This document shows, one piece after another, positions 15,593 through 25,464 of a stretch of 64,000 bases of DNA. Location: positions 1 through 64,000 of IMG/VR virus record IMGVR_UViG_3300017589_000080. One strand, given 5' to 3'. The stretch is from a virus. Its lineage: Duplodnaviria; Caudoviricetes. The translations under genes were made by a program, and so were the position numbers. Positions within the stretch are counted from its first letter, which is position 1. Each line of letters begins with the position of its first letter. The notes beneath the pieces are model-generated. The model did no database searches. It saw only the letters and a program-made list of their open reading frames with translations, and was not told the origin of the DNA.

Positions 15593-18500
15593 ATGGCAAG
15601 AGCAACAGGACAGATAACAATAACAGACTTAAATGATGCTAAGACATTAACAATAACAGCCAGTAGTACAGTATTCTCATATGATCCAGATAATGTTGTA
15701 TCTCCATCTTCAATTGTCTTAACTGCTACTGGTGTTAATACTGAAAGTTCCGTCTATGTCTGGTCTTATTACAATGGATCAGCATGGGTAACTATTTCTG
15801 GATCAACGAACACAATAACAATACCAAGCAGTGCTACTTATTTTACAGACAGCACTTTATTGATAAAAGCTACTATTGCTTTTGATGGAGTATCTAACCA
15901 GATAACTCTATCTAAAGTACATGATGGATTTCCTCCTGTAGACATTGATATTGAGACTAATCTTGGAACTATCTTTAAGAATGCCTTAGATACAGAGTAC
16001 TTAACAGCTAAGTTAAATATGGTTCAAAAAGGTGTTGTTGTAACAGGAACTCCATATCAATGGTACTACAGAGATGCTTCTCAATTAACTGACATTGGTG
16101 GTGGTGTTGGATGGAAAGTTTGTGCCAATGCAACCAACAGTTATGCAGGTGCAACAACAAGCACTTTGACAGTTTATGCTATTAATGTTCCAGGGGTTCA
16201 ATCATTTAAAGGTAAGGTAACCTATAAAGGAGTTGTCTATTATTCTTCTGTTACATTTCTTGATCAGACAGATAACTTACAAGTTATTATAGAGTCTTCA
16301 AATGGTGACTTCTTTAAGAACGGAATTGTCTCTTCAACATTAACTGCAAGAATATATCAGAATGGTGGGATAATAACTTCTGGATATACTTACGCATGGA
16401 CAAGAGTTGACAAAGATGGAAATTCTGTTGCATGGTCAAAGACAACTGCATCATGTACTATTTCAATCTCAGATGTTGATGAACGTTCTACTTTCTGGGT
16501 TGAGATAAAAGAAGGAACAAATGTAAGAGCTAGGAATTTTAAAACAATAACTGATGTAAATGACATCACTATTTCAGATACTCCTCCAAGTAATCCAATA
16601 ATGGATCAACAGTGGTTTGACTCCTCAGATAGAACCTTAAAATCATGGAATGGTTCTTTTTGGATCAGTGTCAATAACTTTGGAAGTTTGGGAGAAGTAA
16701 CAGGTTCAGGAATAAGTTTTACAGGATCACAGAATTCAGTAGCTACCATTACCAAGATTGAAGGTAACACAGATTATGAGGTAAGTGTAGGAAGTACCAA
16801 CCTTTATGACTTAGATCTATTTATGACAACTCCCGACGGATATACTTGTGTTCCAGTGGATCATATCTTAGAACATGGTAAGGTTTATAACTGCTCAGCA
16901 AATACAGCTGTGTGGATGAAATTAACTGATGCTCATAGTAGTGGGTCTAGTTGCTTTGAAATACAGTCAACAACAGGAACTTTTACATACAATTCAGCTT
17001 ATAAGTATTTATACATTGGGATTAACACAGGAGTCATTCCTACAAGAGCGACTTTAGCTACTTATAGCATTATGCTAAATGAAGGGTCATCTGCTCTGGC
17101 TTATGTGCCTTTTATTCCTACAAGACCTTCAGTTAAATATCCATCAATAATTAAATCATCTTTTGACACAATAACAGGAAATTATCTAGGGACTACAGGA
17201 TATCAAAAGAATCTACTTCCAGATAGTAAGATAAATATGACAAGTGGGGTTTATGGTTTTGGAGAGAGAACTCTTACTACTATTCTTAAGAAAAACACAA
17301 CATATACTGTAACAGTAAATGGTAATAAAGGAACTAGTAATGGGAATCTAATGATACACATGGTAATAGGAAGCTATCATTGGGCAATGAGTACTTTTAT
17401 AGACTCATTAACTAATAGCACTATACAGTATACATTCACTTTACCTGATACGCACAATGTTCTTTGGGATAGAATAGTGTTACTCTATTATAATTATCCT
17501 GGAGGAAGTACAGGAGTAGTAACAGTTAATTGGGTAACTTTAGTAGAAGGATCTACAGCTCCTTTAACATGGTTCCCTTCAGTTTGGGATGCCACCACAG
17601 ATGCTACAGTGCTTAAGTTGCCTTACCCTGTAACAGCTCCTTTAAGATCAGTGGGAACTGTACGAGATAGCATTGAAGGCAATATTTTAACAAGAAGAGT
17701 GGGAGCACTATCAAAACCTAGTGTTGTGGAGTATTTTTCAATGTACTCGGATAGTAAGTATGCATGTTATGCATGGAGAATGGGAAATTTAACAACAATT
17801 AAAGATAATTGGCAATCAGGAAAATGTAATTACTTTAATGCTGTAGATTCTATCTGGAATTATAGTAAATCAGGCTTTACTATTCAAAATAGTGTTGGAA
17901 ATAATACAGGCTACATTTGGTTTAAGGTACTTAAGCAATTAACTCCTAACAATACTTCTGCTGAGTTCGTCTCTTTGTTAGGTTCAGACTTTAAAATATT
18001 ATATGAGTTACCAACACCAACCACTGAGTACATTAGTAATATTCAAATTCCTACTTTTGATCCTAAGACAGAAGTATTCTCCAATAATGTAATAGAACCT
18101 TATTATACCTTGGACTTTAAACCTAAGGGATGGGCTGAGCTAAATAATCAAATCATCTCTGAGAGAAGTAAAATAGATACTGTTATCTCTGACTTAACAA
18201 CGACTAAGGGAAGTTTGGTACAGTCCCAAGACATACTCAAAACTATTCAAACAGATATAGGAGGGGTTCACACTCAAATAAATCAATGGGTAGCTGATTA
18301 TGCTAAGGTTGGTGGGTACAACAGAATTCCGAACTCTACAGGTAGAAATGGAATTGTTGGGTGGACTGGAGTAGTGTTAGCAACACCACCTCAGTTTGAT
18401 ACTCAGTCAGGATCACATTTTACAACCAATGGGACATCTTTTGTATCTCCATCATTTCTAATAACAGTAAGTACAAACTACACATATTCATTAAAGATTA

Positions 18501-19087
18501 AAGCACCTGTTACCAATGCATCTGTTAAGTGGAATATCTCCATACAGGTTGTTACAGCATTAGGAACGACAACTTATCCCTTAATAACAAATATTGCAGT
18601 GGATAGTACGCAAGTAATGAATTATTCCAAGTCTTTCACTTTGTCTCCAGGAAGTAAAATCTTAAGTGCTTATATTGTAGGGTCTTGTACTGGAGGAACA
18701 GCTTCAATTTATCTAGCAGATATGATATTAAATGAAGGGGTTACCCAACTCTACTGGTCACAGGCTGAAAATGAGGTCTTTGGTGGTAATGTTAAAATTG
18801 ATGCGGATGGTGTAATGGTTGGTCAATATGATCCTACCAACCCTCCTGCAGAAGGAACAATGAGATCTTTTACAGTAATGGATGCAGATGAGTTTTCTGT
18901 TTACTACTCAGATACATCACTGGTGAAGAAACCTGAACATAAGGTTCTTACCTTTGCACAAGAGTTGTCAATACTTAAGAAAACAAAAGTAATGGACTCT
19001 TTAGAAATTGGAGATAACTCTGGTAGTGGTCAAAGTACAAGATTAGTACCACGTATTAATGGTCTAGATATAGTTATAATAGATTAA
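15593..19087 (+). CDS. large tail fibre/host-specificity protein (1164 aa)
   Basis: MARATGQITITD; two GxxFKN modules; carbohydrate-binding-like beta domains; coiled coil; C-terminus resembling siphophage minor tail proteins. Confidence 0.8.
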   Translation: MARATGQITITDLNDAKTLTITASSTVFSYDPDNVVSPSSIVLTATGVNTESSVYVWSYYNGSAWVTISGSTNTITIPSSATYFTDSTLLIKATIAFDGVSNQITLSKVHDGFPPVDIDIETNLGTIFKNALDTEYLTAKLNMVQKGVVVTGTPYQWYYRDASQLTDIGGGVGWKVCANATNSYAGATTSTLTVYAINVPGVQSFKGKVTYKGVVYYSSVTFLDQTDNLQVIIESSNGDFFKNGIVSSTLTARIYQNGGIITSGYTYAWTRVDKDGNSVAWSKTTASCTISISDVDERSTFWVEIKEGTNVRARNFKTITDVNDITISDTPPSNPIMDQQWFDSSDRTLKSWNGSFWISVNNFGSLGEVTGSGISFTGSQNSVATITKIEGNTDYEVSVGSTNLYDLDLFMTTPDGYTCVPVDHILEHGKVYNCSANTAVWMKLTDAHSSGSSCFEIQSTTGTFTYNSAYKYLYIGINTGVIPTRATLATYSIMLNEGSSALAYVPFIPTRPSVKYPSIIKSSFDTITGNYLGTTGYQKNLLPDSKINMTSGVYGFGERTLTTILKKNTTYTVTVNGNKGTSNGNLMIHMVIGSYHWAMSTFIDSLTNSTIQYTFTLPDTHNVLWDRIVLLYYNYPGGSTGVVTVNWVTLVEGSTAPLTWFPSVWDATTDATVLKLPYPVTAPLRSVGTVRDSIEGNILTRRVGALSKPSVVEYFSMYSDSKYACYAWRMGNLTTIKDNWQSGKCNYFNAVDSIWNYSKSGFTIQNSVGNNTGYIWFKVLKQLTPNNTSAEFVSLLGSDFKILYELPTPTTEYISNIQIPTFDPKTEVFSNNVIEPYYTLDFKPKGWAELNNQIISERSKIDTVISDLTTTKGSLVQSQDILKTIQTDIGGVHTQINQWVADYAKVGGYNRIPNSTGRNGIVGWTGVVLATPPQFDTQSGSHFTTNGTSFVSPSFLITVSTNYTYSLKIKAPVTNASVKWNISIQVVTALGTTTYPLITNIAVDSTQVMNYSKSFTLSPGSKILSAYIVGSCTGGTASIYLADMILNEGVTQLYWSQAENEVFGGNVKIDADGVMVGQYDPTNPPAEGTMRSFTVMDADEFSVYYSDTSLVKKPEHKVLTFAQELSILKKTKVMDSLEIGDNSGSGQSTRLVPRINGLDIVIID

Positions 19088-19100
19088 ATGGAGGTTAGCA

Positions 19101-19520
19101 ATGGCAATAATTAAAACACTTACAGATAAGAATGGAATAGAAGGGTCTTATACAAGAATCTCTAATATTGAGATTAATTATGATACGGGTTATATAAATG
19201 TTGAAGTAAAGATTTATACAGATAAATCTTATCGAGAATTGGAGATACAGGAGAAATTGGATAAAGATACTCTATATAAAGAGTATCTTAGGTTGACAGA
19301 TTTAAAACTTCAATCTGTCACTGATGATTCCATAATATTAACAGGGGATGAAATAGTCTTAGTTAGTAAATCAGAGAATGAAATATTGGAGATTGAACTT
19401 TTAGATCGTTTTATTGATAAGAGGTGCTTTGGTCTTCCAATAGTTTCCGACATTAGAAACATAATTTATGATAGGTTATCCACCAATGTACAGATCTATC
19501 AAGAAAGTGAACAGGTGTGA
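19101..19520 (+). CDS. tail-fibre-associated protein (paralog of next gene)
   Basis: MAI...G...Y.RI pattern and DIR...Y.RL C-terminus shared with 19524. Confidence 0.7.
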   Translation: MAIIKTLTDKNGIEGSYTRISNIEINYDTGYINVEVKIYTDKSYRELEIQEKLDKDTLYKEYLRLTDLKLQSVTDDSIILTGDEIVLVSKSENEILEIELLDRFIDKRCFGLPIVSDIRNIIYDRLSTNVQIYQESEQV

Positions 19521-19523
19521 ATA

Positions 19524-19946
19524 ATGGCAATTGGTGTTAGTCTAGTAGATGATGTTGGCACAATATGTAATTATCATAGAATAAATAAATTATCATATTT
19601 TGTAGATGAAAATAAACTTTGGGTAACTATTGATGAGTATCGGGATAGTACCTTTAGAGATCTGGAGAAAGCTCAGATAGACAGTAATATTGCTGATCTT
19701 AGAGAGTATATTGATCTAATAACTAAAGAAGATCTTGATGAGTACGAAAAATTAAGAATTACTAAGATAAATCCTCTTGAGTTAGTGGCAAACAAATATG
19801 ATAAGTTTAATAGTAAGGTTAATAGCGTTGAATTGCCTATTACAGAGGATATTAGAGAGGAAGTATACAGGCGTTTGCTGTTAGAAATAGAAGACTTTAA
19901 AGATGGTGTTTCCGACAATATAGTGGAGGTTACCAATGGCATATAA
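19524..19946 (+). CDS. tail-fibre-associated protein (paralog of previous gene)
   Basis: See 19101. Confidence 0.7.
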   Translation: MAIGVSLVDDVGTICNYHRINKLSYFVDENKLWVTIDEYRDSTFRDLEKAQIDSNIADLREYIDLITKEDLDEYEKLRITKINPLELVANKYDKFNSKVNSVELPITEDIREEVYRRLLLEIEDFKDGVSDNIVEVTNGI

Positions 19947-22008
19947 TGAACAATGGACAAACACAGGGTGGATTGAATGTTCCTGGTGTGATAATGTTAG
20001 AAAGATATACATGCGTTGTAATGTTAGAGCTGTTACCTTTGATAATGGTTCTACTTATGCTGATATTTATGTTGACCTAGCATCTTACAATAGAGGAAGT
20101 GATTGGGGATTCTACATTGATGGTTTCTATAATGGTAATAGTCAGAGACTTAAGAATGGAGAAAATCAGTGGGCAAGTGATCTAACTGTAGGTTGGGGTG
20201 CTCAAGGTTTAGGAGCTGGTGCTTCTGGCTCAAGTACCATTTCATGGGGAACAACATCTCCTCAATATGGTGGTGCAGATACCAGAAGTATGACATTTTA
20301 TTATCCAGCAAATCCTGCTACTGCAAGTGTGGCTATTGCAGGGTCAACATCTAATCTTACAATGGATCCTACTGGAACTACAAAATCAGTTGCTATCTCT
20401 AATTCAATTAGTGGTTGTAGTTGGACATCTTCTTATATAACTTTTCAATGTCAAGAAGCATACCCAATAGTTGGGGATCTTGGAAGGGTAGATAATGTTT
20501 CAGGTATGCTAAGCTCTCCTCAATCGTTAGCTTTAAATACAACTAAGATGTTACAAGTTTACCAGAACTTTCCAAACAGTAAAACTTTAACATCATTAGA
20601 GTATGTTGAAGGGACTGCTACAGTAGTAGGAGGGAGGAATGCACAGAGAACTGGAGTATTAACTTTAAAAGAATTCCCTCCGACTATCTCCACCCCAGCA
20701 GTTTCTTTTACAACTCCTGGTGCTTCTTTTGTTAATGCTAAGCCAATTAAAGGAAAGACTCTAGCTACAATTGTATCTACATGCACTTCTTTAAAATGGG
20801 CTTCATGTTCGTCTTATTCTGCTGTGTCTAATAATACAATAGCAGGCAGTTTTACAACAGTTACAGCAGCAGATGGAAGTGGGAATAGAACATCAGTTAT
20901 GAATGTTACAACTTTAGTCTGTGGTGGAGGTACATCATTGGATGGTAATGGTTCTATCTTGTTAACATTTACAGACTCAAGAGGTTTAAGTACTGCTCAG
21001 ACTTTGTCATATTCGAATTGGCAGAGCTATATCAGCCCATATCTTGAGAGTGGTCTTGTTACAAGAGCTGAGGGAGCAGAGACCTCTTTACAACTAACAG
21101 GTGTGGTTAAAGCACCTTCAATTTTACACACTAATGGATCTCAATTAAATGGTGTTGGTCAGACTCAATATCGATGGAAAGAATATGGAAGTGCTAATTT
21201 TAGTGGATGGATTAGTGTTGGGTCAATCACTACAGGAGTCTTATCATCAACTCTTGGAAATACACTTACCACTGGTGCACCCTTTGCCATAGATAAAGAG
21301 TATGCTATTGAAGTAAAGATAAAAGACACTTATGGCACAGAGGTAACTTATTCTTATAGTGTTCCAAAAGCAGCTGTAAATCTATCAATTAGAACAAATT
21401 CAGTAGGTGTTAATTCTATTCCTCCAACTTTATATTATGTAAATGGTAATGTTGTTACACCCAGATCGTTTGCAGGGTTTTATGTTAAAGGAAGAATGTG
21501 GTCAACTATGGGAGATACAGTTCCAGTAGGTTCAGTAACTGCTATGTCAGTTTATATGTTACCTTCAGGATATCTGGAATGCATAGGTCAATATGTTAAT
21601 ATTGCAGACTATCCTGATCTGTACAGTATTGTTGGCACCTTTTTTGGATCTGGCTCAGGATCCTTTAGATTGCCTGATTACACTTGTAGAGTATTAGGGG
21701 GAATAGGAACTTTAAATGATGGTCAGGAAAGTATTACTAAGTCTAATGGAATGGCTGATGGTACATGGTCACATTATTTAACGTATTATCAAATGCCCAG
21801 TCACAGCCACCAAGTTCCAGATACTGTATGGATGGACCAGCCAGGATCAAATACAAGGTGGACAGTTCCAGGATCTTCGGGAACTAACTGGTTTAACACA
21901 GTAGGGGTGGGAGGAAGATCTGCTGCCTATGTATCCAATGAGGGTAATGGAAATCTCCACTCTAACAGACAGCCAACAGCATATATTAGATGGTTAATGA
22001 AATACTAA
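19936..22008 (+). CDS. tail fibre protein with C-terminal phage tail collar domain
   Basis: VPVGSV...PSGYLEC.GQ...YPDLYSIVG...FRLPD...HSH...HSNRQP collar motif; N-terminus paralogous to 29166. Confidence 0.8.
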   Translation: MAYNEQWTNTGWIECSWCDNVRKIYMRCNVRAVTFDNGSTYADIYVDLASYNRGSDWGFYIDGFYNGNSQRLKNGENQWASDLTVGWGAQGLGAGASGSSTISWGTTSPQYGGADTRSMTFYYPANPATASVAIAGSTSNLTMDPTGTTKSVAISNSISGCSWTSSYITFQCQEAYPIVGDLGRVDNVSGMLSSPQSLALNTTKMLQVYQNFPNSKTLTSLEYVEGTATVVGGRNAQRTGVLTLKEFPPTISTPAVSFTTPGASFVNAKPIKGKTLATIVSTCTSLKWASCSSYSAVSNNTIAGSFTTVTAADGSGNRTSVMNVTTLVCGGGTSLDGNGSILLTFTDSRGLSTAQTLSYSNWQSYISPYLESGLVTRAEGAETSLQLTGVVKAPSILHTNGSQLNGVGQTQYRWKEYGSANFSGWISVGSITTGVLSSTLGNTLTTGAPFAIDKEYAIEVKIKDTYGTEVTYSYSVPKAAVNLSIRTNSVGVNSIPPTLYYVNGNVVTPRSFAGFYVKGRMWSTMGDTVPVGSVTAMSVYMLPSGYLECIGQYVNIADYPDLYSIVGTFFGSGSGSFRLPDYTCRVLGGIGTLNDGQESITKSNGMADGTWSHYLTYYQMPSHSHQVPDTVWMDQPGSNTRWTVPGSSGTNWFNTVGVGGRSAAYVSNEGNGNLHSNRQPTAYIRWLMKY

Positions 22009-22027
22009 ATGAGAAGAGGATACTGAA

Positions 22028-22369
22028 ATGAAGATTACAAGAAACAACATTAGCATGATAAGAGGAGACAGTGAGACAATTACTGTCTCATGCAAAGACT
22101 CTAACAAAGCTGACATCCCATTGGTAACTGGCGATACTGTATACTTTACAATAAAGAATACAGTCAATGATATAGAGAAGATATTACAAAAAGTTATTAC
22201 TGAATTTGTTAATGGCACTGCAATAATTCCAATCTCTCCAGAAGATACAAAGACATTAGACTTTTCAACATATGTCTATGACATTCAATTAAAGTTTGCA
22301 GATGGAACAATTAAAACAATTATTACTCCAAGTGAGTTTACGATTGAAGGTGAAGTAACCTATGAGTAA
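22028..22369 (+). CDS. BppU-like Ig-fold small structural protein
   Basis: IRGDSETITV...VYFTIK...ISPEDTKTL...YVYDIQL pattern. Confidence 0.7.
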   Translation: MKITRNNISMIRGDSETITVSCKDSNKADIPLVTGDTVYFTIKNTVNDIEKILQKVITEFVNGTAIIPISPEDTKTLDFSTYVYDIQLKFADGTIKTIITPSEFTIEGEVTYE

Positions 22370-22763
22370 TTCACTAATCGGAATTGTAACTTCCGATGGT
22401 GGTCTATCTGGTGTGTTAGACACAGGTCTATCAATAGAGACAACCATTAATGGTGAGTTACTCATCGAAACAACAATGATTGCATCTGGACCAAAAGGAG
22501 ATACTGGTGATCCTGGAGTTCAAGGAGTGCCAGGAGAGAAAGGAGATATGGGATACATTGATGGGGTGGATTTAACATTCCCATTTACTCAATTAACACC
22601 ATCAAAAATCTGGTGTATTAACCATAATCTAAATAAGATACCAAGTGTTACTGTAATGGATTCAGCAGGTACAGTTGTCTATGGCGATGTCACAAACCCA
22701 GATAAGAATAATACGGTAATAGAATTTTGCTCAGCTTTCTCAGGGAAAGCTTCTTTAAACTAG
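22362..22763 (+). CDS. collagen-repeat fibre/collar protein
   Basis: GPKGDTGDPGVQGVPGEKGDMG Gly-X-Y run; W.INHNL...PSVTV.D...FSGKA C-terminus. Confidence 0.8.
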   Translation: MSNSLIGIVTSDGGLSGVLDTGLSIETTINGELLIETTMIASGPKGDTGDPGVQGVPGEKGDMGYIDGVDLTFPFTQLTPSKIWCINHNLNKIPSVTVMDSAGTVVYGDVTNPDKNNTVIEFCSAFSGKASLN

Positions 22764-22778
22764 AAAGGACATAAAAAT

Positions 22779-24350
22779 ATGGCGACACCATTTTTAGCAG
22801 GAATAAACTTAGCAAGAACAGAGATATTAAATGCAAGAATTCAGAACCTTGCAACTGCTCCAGGGAGTCCATTAGATGGACTGATTTATTATGATACTAC
22901 AACTCATAAGTTATGTTACTATGCAAATGGAACATGGGTAGATTCAGGAAGTAATGGTGGTGAGATCTTCACTACTGCAATGATGAATCTATTAAACACA
23001 TCAACAAATCTTAACACTAACTCAGCAATTGTAATGAGAGATGCGTCAGGTAACTTTAGTGCTGGAACAATTACAGGTGCTTTAGCTGGTAACGCATCAA
23101 CAGCAACAAAATTAGCAACATCAAGAACAGTTTCCATTACAGGTGCTGGTACAGGTTCAGCTTCTTTCGATGGTAGTGCAAATGCATCAATAGCTTTAAC
23201 ATTAGCAACTGTTGCAACTGCAGGAACCTTCGGAAAAGTAACTATCAATGCACAAGGTCTTGTAACTAGTGGAACATCATTAGTTGCAGCTGACATTCCA
23301 ACTTTAACATTAGCAAAGATAAGTGATGCTGGAACTGCTGCAAGTAAGAATACTGGTACTGGGTCTGGTAACATTCCAGTCTTGGATGGTTCAGGTAAAT
23401 TAAGTACATCTATCTTACCATCAATTACAATCACGAATTCATTCCCAGTAGTGAGTCAAGCAGAGATGTTAGCATTGGTTGCTGAGACTGGAGACATTGC
23501 AATTCGATCAGACTTAAATAAGAGTTTTATCTTGTCAACTGATGCTCCATCCGTTCTTGCCAACTGGCTTGAATTATTAACACCAACAGATTCAGTATTC
23601 AGTGTTGCAGGTAAGACAGGAACAGTTACATTAGTTAAAGGAGATGTTGGTCTTGGAAATGTTGATAACACAGCAGATAGTGCAAAAGCAGTATTAAGTG
23701 CAACTAAGTTAGCAACAGCAAGAGCAATTGCATTAAGTGGAGATGCTACTGGAACAATTAACTTTGATGGTACTGCTGGTGTTACAATTCCAATGGTTCT
23801 TGCAAATATCGCAACTGCTGGAACTTATAGATCTGTAACAATTAATGCTAAAGGTCAAGTTACTGCAGGTACAAATCCAACAACTTTAGCAGGATATGGC
23901 ATTACCGATGCTGCTCCAAGTTCTCATGTTGGAACAGGTGGTGCTGCTCATGCTGATGCAACCACTTCTGTTGATGGCTTTATGACAGCTGCAGATAAAA
24001 CGAAGTTAGATGGAGTTGCTACAGGTGCAAATGCATACTCTCATCCAGCTAATCATCCAGCATCAGTAATAACTCAAGACTCTAGCAATAGATTTGTTTC
24101 AGATGCAGAGAAGACTTCTTGGGGTGGTAAGGCAAGCAAATATTCACAGGCAATTGGTAATGGAGTTTTAACTACAATTGTTGTTACTCATGGGCTAGGA
24201 ACTCAGGATGTGGCTGTAGGAATAAGAGAAACTTTGACACCATTTGAACATGTAATGTGTGATATTCATTCTACAACAGTTAATACAACAACCTTTACAT
24301 TTGCAAATCCACCAACATCAAATCAGTACACAGTAACAATTGTAGGTTAA
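22779..24350 (+). CDS. tail fibre protein (Ala/Thr/Gly-rich shaft)
   Basis: Two ATKLAT.R.I...G...G...FDG...I...LA.VA.AGT...VTINA.G.VT.G repeats. Confidence 0.85.
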   Translation: MATPFLAGINLARTEILNARIQNLATAPGSPLDGLIYYDTTTHKLCYYANGTWVDSGSNGGEIFTTAMMNLLNTSTNLNTNSAIVMRDASGNFSAGTITGALAGNASTATKLATSRTVSITGAGTGSASFDGSANASIALTLATVATAGTFGKVTINAQGLVTSGTSLVAADIPTLTLAKISDAGTAASKNTGTGSGNIPVLDGSGKLSTSILPSITITNSFPVVSQAEMLALVAETGDIAIRSDLNKSFILSTDAPSVLANWLELLTPTDSVFSVAGKTGTVTLVKGDVGLGNVDNTADSAKAVLSATKLATARAIALSGDATGTINFDGTAGVTIPMVLANIATAGTYRSVTINAKGQVTAGTNPTTLAGYGITDAAPSSHVGTGGAAHADATTSVDGFMTAADKTKLDGVATGANAYSHPANHPASVITQDSSNRFVSDAEKTSWGGKASKYSQAIGNGVLTTIVVTHGLGTQDVAVGIRETLTPFEHVMCDIHSTTVNTTTFTFANPPTSNQYTVTIVG

Positions 24351-24354
24351 TCCT

Positions 24355-25452
24355 ATGAAATATTTAAATACATTAAAAGATAGTACAGGTAGTTCTGTAT
24401 GGACTGGAAGTAATGATGGTACAGGTAGTGGGTTAGATGCAGACTTATTAGATGGACTAAGTTCTGCATCTTTTGCAAGAGCTCTGGATGCGACAGTGGC
24501 TCAGATAAATACAGTTCTTTTACTACCAGGAATTTATAGAGTAGAATCTGAAGATATAACTAACTTGCCTGGGAATTATTTTTATATCTATCATTCAGGA
24601 CCTTACTCTGGTGGAGGTTATTGTTCTCAGATAGCAATACCTTTTACAGGTGGGACTAATGAAGGTATGTATCTACGAGTAGCTAGTGGTTCTACTTGGG
24701 GAAATTGGGTTAAGTTAGCAGTAAATGCAACTGATGTAGGTCTTGGTAATGTTAATAATACTACAGATGCTTTAAAACCAGTATCAACTGCAACTCAAAC
24801 AGCTTTAAATTTAAAATTAGATATTTCATCATATACAGCTTCAGACATATTAACTAAATTAAAAACTGTAGATGGAGCAGGAAGTGGGTTAGATGCAGAT
24901 TTATTAGATGGTTTATCAAGTTCACAATTTTTAAGATCAGATATTTCAAATACAATAACAGGAACTTTAACAGCTAGTAATGGGGATGCAACATATGGCG
25001 TGTCTCCTTTACCTTCAATTGAATTAGGTACTAATTTAACTAAATGCGGAAGTATAAAATTATGGGGAACTACTACTAGTGCTTATGGGTCAGTTCATAT
25101 GACGACTAATAATTTACATATAGATCCAGGAGCAACTCCAGGTCGAATATATTTAAATTTTTATGCAGGAGATGGAGTAATATTTGGTAATGGAGCTTCA
25201 TCAATAGTAGCAAATATGGATATTAATGGTCAATTATGGAAAGGTAGTAGTAAGTATTGGCACGACACAAATGATGGGTCGGGATCAGGTTTAGATGCTG
25301 ATTTATTGGAAGGTTATCATGCCGCTTTTGTTAATGCAGCAAACACTATTCCAATAAGAGATGGAAATGGTAATATTGCATCAACAAGCAATACTGTTGG
25401 AACATGGACAATTAAAGAAAATGCAGATGGATCTTTAGGGTTCTTTGTATAG
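24355..25452 (+). CDS. tail fibre protein with three GSGLDADLL[DE]G repeats
   Basis: Motif occurs three times; knob-like segment MYLRVASGSTWGNW. Confidence 0.85.
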   Translation: MKYLNTLKDSTGSSVWTGSNDGTGSGLDADLLDGLSSASFARALDATVAQINTVLLLPGIYRVESEDITNLPGNYFYIYHSGPYSGGGYCSQIAIPFTGGTNEGMYLRVASGSTWGNWVKLAVNATDVGLGNVNNTTDALKPVSTATQTALNLKLDISSYTASDILTKLKTVDGAGSGLDADLLDGLSSSQFLRSDISNTITGTLTASNGDATYGVSPLPSIELGTNLTKCGSIKLWGTTTSAYGSVHMTTNNLHIDPGATPGRIYLNFYAGDGVIFGNGASSIVANMDINGQLWKGSSKYWHDTNDGSGSGLDADLLEGYHAAFVNAANTIPIRDGNGNIASTSNTVGTWTIKENADGSLGFFV

Positions 25453-25464
25453 TGAGGAAATAAA

